Shown here in pieces: positions 60,493 through 64,000 of a DNA stretch of 64,000 bases. The position numbers and the translations under genes were made by a program. Position 1 is the stretch's first letter. Each line of letters opens with the position of its first letter. The stretch comes from a virus: IMG/VR virus record IMGVR_UViG_3300023110_000006, one strand, 5' to 3'. The notes under the pieces were generated by a model. It was not told the origin of the DNA, did not search any database, and saw only the letters and a program-made list of their open reading frames with translations.

Positions 60493-60867
60493 ATGTTGAA
60501 GCATAAACATTTGGTGGTAAGAGCAGAAGTTGATAATCCAATAATCAACAAAGCAAAAGCCACCAAATTTTTACGATCTTTAATCAAAAAAATTAATATG
60601 AAACCTTTGTATGGTCCAACTGCAAGCTATTGCAAAATGGAGGGTAACAAAGGAATAACTGCTTTTGCAATTATCGAAACAAGTCATATTGCAATGCACA
60701 TATGGGACGAATCACAACCTGCACTAGTACAACTAGATGTATACAGTTGTTCAGACTTTGACCCAAAAACTGTATTTGAACATTTAGAGTCAATGAAACC
60801 AGTAGTAATTGACTATAAATTTTTAGATAGAGAAAAACAATTCATTGAAATATTAAATAATAAATAA
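60493..60867 (+). CDS. speD: S-adenosylmethionine decarboxylase proenzyme (pyruvoyl-dependent)
   Basis: GITAFAIIETSHIAMHIW...LDVYSCSDF. Confidence 0.85.
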   Translation: MLKHKHLVVRAEVDNPIINKAKATKFLRSLIKKINMKPLYGPTASYCKMEGNKGITAFAIIETSHIAMHIWDESQPALVQLDVYSCSDFDPKTVFEHLESMKPVVIDYKFLDREKQFIEILNNK

Positions 60868-60870
60868 TTA

Positions 60871-60918
60871 TACGTTCAGCCTACGGGCCGGAAGTAGCAT
60901 TAAGCGAAGGAACGCACC
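60871..60918 (+). promoter_or_regulatory. glutamine riboswitch aptamer (glnA-motif type)
   Basis: P1 CGUUC/GAACG, P2 GCC-UACG-GGC, E-loop GGAAGUA.../GAAG, P3 GC-AUUAA-GC; begins just after TAAATA at 60861-60866. Confidence 0.8.
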
Positions 60919-60943
60919 TAAACTTTAACAAAGGGAGGGTGAT

Positions 60944-61099
60944 ATGAACTTTAAATGGGATTTAAAGAAACCCTTAGCAGATCTTAAACGTAAAATAAGC
61001 ACAAGTGCAGTACTACGTAAACGCTCAAAAGACAGCATTGCAAGACCTAAGGCCGAAAAAAATATACTATCTAAAGACTCAAGAATGCAAAAAATTTAA
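60944..61099 (+). CDS. unannotated 51-aa basic peptide MNFKWDLKKPLADLKRKISTSAVLRKRSKDSIARPKAEKNILSKDSRMQKI
   Basis: Strong GGGAGG RBS, directly downstream of the riboswitch; below the ORF track cutoff. Confidence 0.8.
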   Translation: MNFKWDLKKPLADLKRKISTSAVLRKRSKDSIARPKAEKNILSKDSRMQKI

Positions 61100-61118
61100 T
61101 TTTTTGGTAAAAAAGAGG

Positions 61119-61147
61119 TTGACATTTAGATAATAGTTTGCTATATT
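61119..61147 (+). promoter_or_regulatory. sigma70 promoter TTGACA-N17-TATATT for the ncRNA
   Basis: The predicted +1 (about 61154) coincides with the 5' strand of the RNA closing helix. Confidence 0.75.
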
Positions 61148-61153
61148 AGTAAC

Positions 61154-61372
61154 ATAAGCAACAAGAGAGTAATTAACTTTTGTTTTTTAGTGCATCGAAG
61201 AGGCTCTTACCAGAGGGTCGAAGATGGCTAGTTAGGGGTGGTACCCAGGCATGGTTGCAGAAATGCGTTGTGTCACATCGCTCTACCGAGCGGAACTAGG
61301 CGCCCGGGATTCAGACAGGTATCTGCGTCGAAGGGTTGTAGGTGAAACCGAGTCCTACCTAAAATTGCTTAT
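61154..61372 (+). ncRNA. standalone ~220-nt structured RNA, possibly manA-motif related
   Basis: Closing helix ATAAGCAA/TTGCTTAT, two TACC-loop and two GGTA-loop hairpins, a GAAA tetraloop and a GTAGG/CCTAC stem; own promoter and terminator. Confidence 0.8.
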
Positions 61373-61380
61373 TATCTTTT

Positions 61381-61414
61381 AAGGTTTACAAAGGAGACTT
61401 TGTAAGCCTTTTTT
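61381..61414 (+). terminator. intrinsic terminator of the ncRNA
   Basis: aaggtttacaaag-gaga-ctttgtaagcctt followed by tttt. Confidence 0.88.
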
Positions 61415-61423
61415 CATTTGTGA

Positions 61424-61523
61424 TAAATACTTGTGTCAGGTAGTGTGCCGCGAGGCGGACTTATGGGGAACCAACCCCGTAGCACCTAGAACGTGCATCG
61501 GACTTCTATAAAGGAGAAAACAA
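61424..61523 (+). promoter_or_regulatory. late promoter plus structured 5' leader
   Basis: TAAATA at 61424-61429, then three hairpins (GCC-GCGA-GGC; TATGGGG/CCCCGTA; GCAC/GTGC) before AAGGAG. Confidence 0.65.
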
Positions 61524-61970
61524 ATGGGAAGACCACTTAATAAAAGATACTTCGGCGAACCAACTGCCGGAGGTAATGAAATCAAATGCGATTTTCATAA
61601 CGGGACAGCAGTTGTTGAAGGACACATTGTTCGTCAAAAAGGTAGTAAGAAATTCGTAGTAGCAGAAATCGGTGCATCAGACACTGAATACACTTGCACA
61701 TTAACAACAGGTAAACTTATGTCAGCACTAGCGGCTGGTGAAATGGGTATCACTATGTTAATGGATGATTCAGAAACATATCAAGTTTCTAAAATCACTG
61801 GACGTAAAGCAACACTAGTTGCTCCAGATGCAACAGGAACAAACGCTTATGACGGCAAGTCAGTAGCTTGGAACTTTGACGCAGATCTAACTGATGGCGG
61901 CGCACAAGTTGAAGAAGCTGGTGATGACGATACAGCAGGCGTTGATGATGACGATTTTGCTAACGCATAA
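61524..61970 (+). CDS. hypothetical protein, probably virion-associated (148 aa)
   Basis: Strong RBS, late promoter, MGRPLNKRYFG start. Confidence 0.75.
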   Translation: MGRPLNKRYFGEPTAGGNEIKCDFHNGTAVVEGHIVRQKGSKKFVVAEIGASDTEYTCTLTTGKLMSALAAGEMGITMLMDDSETYQVSKITGRKATLVAPDATGTNAYDGKSVAWNFDADLTDGGAQVEEAGDDDTAGVDDDDFANA

Positions 61971-61978
61971 GGCAATTT

Positions 61979-62002
61979 TAGGGAGGGAGTTTTCCCTCCC
62001 TA
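61979..62002 (+). other. strong intergenic hairpin without a U-tract
   Basis: tagggaggga-gttt-tccctcccta. Confidence 0.7.
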
Positions 62003-62019
62003 CATTATAGGAATTTGAA

Positions 62020-62994
62020 ATGACAAGTGTAGTAAGAGTACCAAATGATGATTATAGTATAAAAGTTCAAGACGGTGGAACTATCACTCTTGATACTGGA
62101 CCTGTGCAAGGTGATGTAGTTGTAACAGGTAATATTACAATCAACGGTACACAAACTGTAGTTAATTCATCAGAGTTAAATATCGAAGATAACATTATTA
62201 CACTAAACTCTGGAGAAACAGGTGTAGGTGTTACGCTACTTACGTCTGGTATACAAATAGACAGAGGCGGAGCGGCAGACAGTCAATTTTTATACGATGA
62301 AGGTATAACATGGACTGATCCTGTAACTAATACTCTACAGAGCGGTGGATTTACATTTAAAAGTTTATCAGGTGCAATACTAGGTATACAAACTGTTGCA
62401 ATTGATACACTTGGCGGAGATTTACATTTAATTAATGAAGGAACTGGTGTTGTAAGTGTTACTGGCACTAATGATTATGAATTGCAAGTAACAGATGACG
62501 ACGACATTCCGAATAAAAAATATGTTGACGATGAAATTGTAACTGCATTAACTAGCACATTCCAAAGACGTATTGAAGAAGGAACAACAAGCAAGTCATT
62601 TGTTGAAGTAAGAGATCAAGAAATAAGCGGACTACAAAGTGTTGTTAATTTTAATTTAGACGGTACAGCTTCTGGACAAATTTTTGCAGACAGAGTTGAA
62701 TTCCAAGATTTACGTATAAAAGACGGTATGATTGAAACACTTATAAGTGATTCAGATTTAACATTATCAGCACCAGGTACTGGCGGAGTTGTTGTACGAG
62801 ATAATATGACTCTTACATCTACTCCAGGATTAGATGATGTTCTTGTTGATCCAGCAAGTCCGACAGATGGTATAAAATTATATGTAAAAACTCCTGAAGC
62901 AGGTGGTACTGGTTTGTTTTTCAAACATAGCGCATCAAAAGACGGAGAAATAGTAAGTAGAAATAGTGCTCTATTATTGAGCATGTTGTTTTAA
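62020..62994 (+). CDS. virion structural/fibre-like protein
   Basis: GNITINGTQTVVNSSELNIEDNIITLN and IPNKKYVD fibre motifs. Confidence 0.6.
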   Translation: MTSVVRVPNDDYSIKVQDGGTITLDTGPVQGDVVVTGNITINGTQTVVNSSELNIEDNIITLNSGETGVGVTLLTSGIQIDRGGAADSQFLYDEGITWTDPVTNTLQSGGFTFKSLSGAILGIQTVAIDTLGGDLHLINEGTGVVSVTGTNDYELQVTDDDDIPNKKYVDDEIVTALTSTFQRRIEEGTTSKSFVEVRDQEISGLQSVVNFNLDGTASGQIFADRVEFQDLRIKDGMIETLISDSDLTLSAPGTGGVVVRDNMTLTSTPGLDDVLVDPASPTDGIKLYVKTPEAGGTGLFFKHSASKDGEIVSRNSALLLSMLF

Positions 62995-63006
62995 AAAGGA
63001 AAAAAT

Positions 63007-63345
63007 ATGGCCATAGAAAACGTAGCAATAGCAAGTACAGATACAGATCTACTTGTAGTGCCAGCCGGAAAATCCTATGCTGTATTAACCATTATGGTTT
63101 GTAATACTGAAGCACCAAATCCAGTTCATTTAGAACATGGATTGACAAACTTTGATTTACACTTTGTAAAAAGTGGAGATCCTAAAAGTAATACAAATAT
63201 GGTTATCAGATCATTAGATTTGCCCGCTGGTGAAACATTTACATTTGATTCAGAAAAAATTGTTCTGAATGCAGGTGATAAAATTGTAGCACTAGGAGAG
63301 TCTCCGACAAACTTAGTTGCAACAGTAAGTTATTTGGAAGTATAA
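63007..63345 (+). CDS. small beta-rich virion protein
   Basis: AAGGA RBS; operon context. Confidence 0.6.
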   Translation: MAIENVAIASTDTDLLVVPAGKSYAVLTIMVCNTEAPNPVHLEHGLTNFDLHFVKSGDPKSNTNMVIRSLDLPAGETFTFDSEKIVLNAGDKIVALGESPTNLVATVSYLEV

Positions 63346-63347
63346 TT

Positions 63348-63848
63348 ATGAGATTAATGAAAGCACAAAGCTCTAATCTTAGAAGTATAAAAGGTAAGGG
63401 ATTAAAATACGATATTAATGACGTTATACGTATGGACAGCAACTTGGCCATGGTTGTTCCTGTAGGTAATAATGCAGAGCGTCCTGTGTTTCCTGAACCA
63501 GGAATGCTTAGATACAACACAGTTTTAGATGCTTTTGAAATGTATTCAGATGGTGCTTGGGGAGAAGTTAGAAAAAAAGAACCAACTACTATTGTTCAAC
63601 AAAATTTAGGTAATGGAGATGCTAATGAAACAGTATTTGGCCCGTTGAATAACGGTGATCCTAATTTTCCGGCACCTAAAACTGCAAAAAATATAATTGT
63701 GTTAGTGGAAAATGTATTCCAAATTTCAGGCACAAATTATCAACTAGTACAAAATCCAGGAGGAAAAGCACCTGGTTATTATATACAATTTAGTTCTGCA
63801 CCCGATTTAGGTAAGCCGGTTACAGTATTGCATAACTTTGATAAATAA
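63348..63848 (+). CDS. virion structural protein
   Basis: VPVGNNAERP...GMLRYNT...FEMY fibre module plus an Ig-like GDANETVF domain. Confidence 0.6.
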   Translation: MRLMKAQSSNLRSIKGKGLKYDINDVIRMDSNLAMVVPVGNNAERPVFPEPGMLRYNTVLDAFEMYSDGAWGEVRKKEPTTIVQQNLGNGDANETVFGPLNNGDPNFPAPKTAKNIIVLVENVFQISGTNYQLVQNPGGKAPGYYIQFSSAPDLGKPVTVLHNFDK

Positions 63849-63868
63849 TATTAGATTAGGAGTAATAA

Positions 63869-64000
63869 ATGCCGTCATTAAAATCATTGTTAGGATCAAA
63901 AAACTTTAGTACAGCAGAAGTTAACCTTGAACAAGGTAGAATTTATTCGTACATGAATGGTCAAATGTACACAAAAATGTGTAATGGTTTTTGTTTTGTA
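63869..64000 (+). CDS. hypothetical protein, partial (MPSLKSLLGSK...)
   Basis: AGGAG RBS, TAAATA at 63842-63847, frame open to the window end. Confidence 0.7.
   Translation, partial: MPSLKSLLGSKNFSTAEVNLEQGRIYSYMNGQMYTKMCNGFCFV

Noticed and set aside
61979-62002. Hairpin as an intrinsic terminator
   Set aside because: No U-tract on either strand; more likely an mRNA-stabilising or processing stem.
1059-63520. Many 60-310 aa ORFs antisense to, or nested in, the long genes (e.g. 12394..12936, 47790..48488, 50824..51753, 55566..56228)
   Set aside because: Shadow frames of codon-biased genes, with no RBS, no motifs, and full overlap with well-supported CDSs.
1-64000. Stop-codon reassignment, tRNA genes, integrase or transposase
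   Set aside because: Core genes are intact in the standard code with tight junctions; no cloverleaf or mobile-element gene was recognised by eye.

Overview
This AT-rich window is a segment of a large T4-related myophage genome, read in the standard genetic code and probably marine (inference). From left to right it holds: (1) a minus-strand glycosyltransferase/methyltransferase cluster behind a perfect sigma70 promoter; (2) a minus-strand tail-fibre/baseplate block (fibre paralogs, a 4950-aa baseplate protein, gp6, gp25, PAAR, amidase, gp5-GH19, hub, gp53); (3) plus-strand gp55 late sigma factor, gp47/gp46 and a GIY-YIG nuclease; (4) probable internal head proteins, gp26, tape measure, portal gp20, core protein, gp21, gp22 and capsid gp23; (5) GH5 hydrolase and AdoMet decarboxylase accessory genes, then more virion genes. 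The strongest signals are not in the ORF track. A ~300-nt pseudoknotted RNA-like element abuts the 3' end of the GIY-YIG gene. A T-TTT-TTC slippery site plus hairpin predicts a -1 frameshift fusing gp26 to a gp51-like frame. Three structured RNAs lie within 60871-61523: a glutamine riboswitch before an unannotated basic 51-aa peptide, a standalone ~220-nt RNA with two loop-loop kisses, and a structured leader. A GT-GT-helical repeat-methyltransferase protein resembles a glycan polymerase/ruler/terminator. All family calls come from motif recognition by eye; no searches were run.
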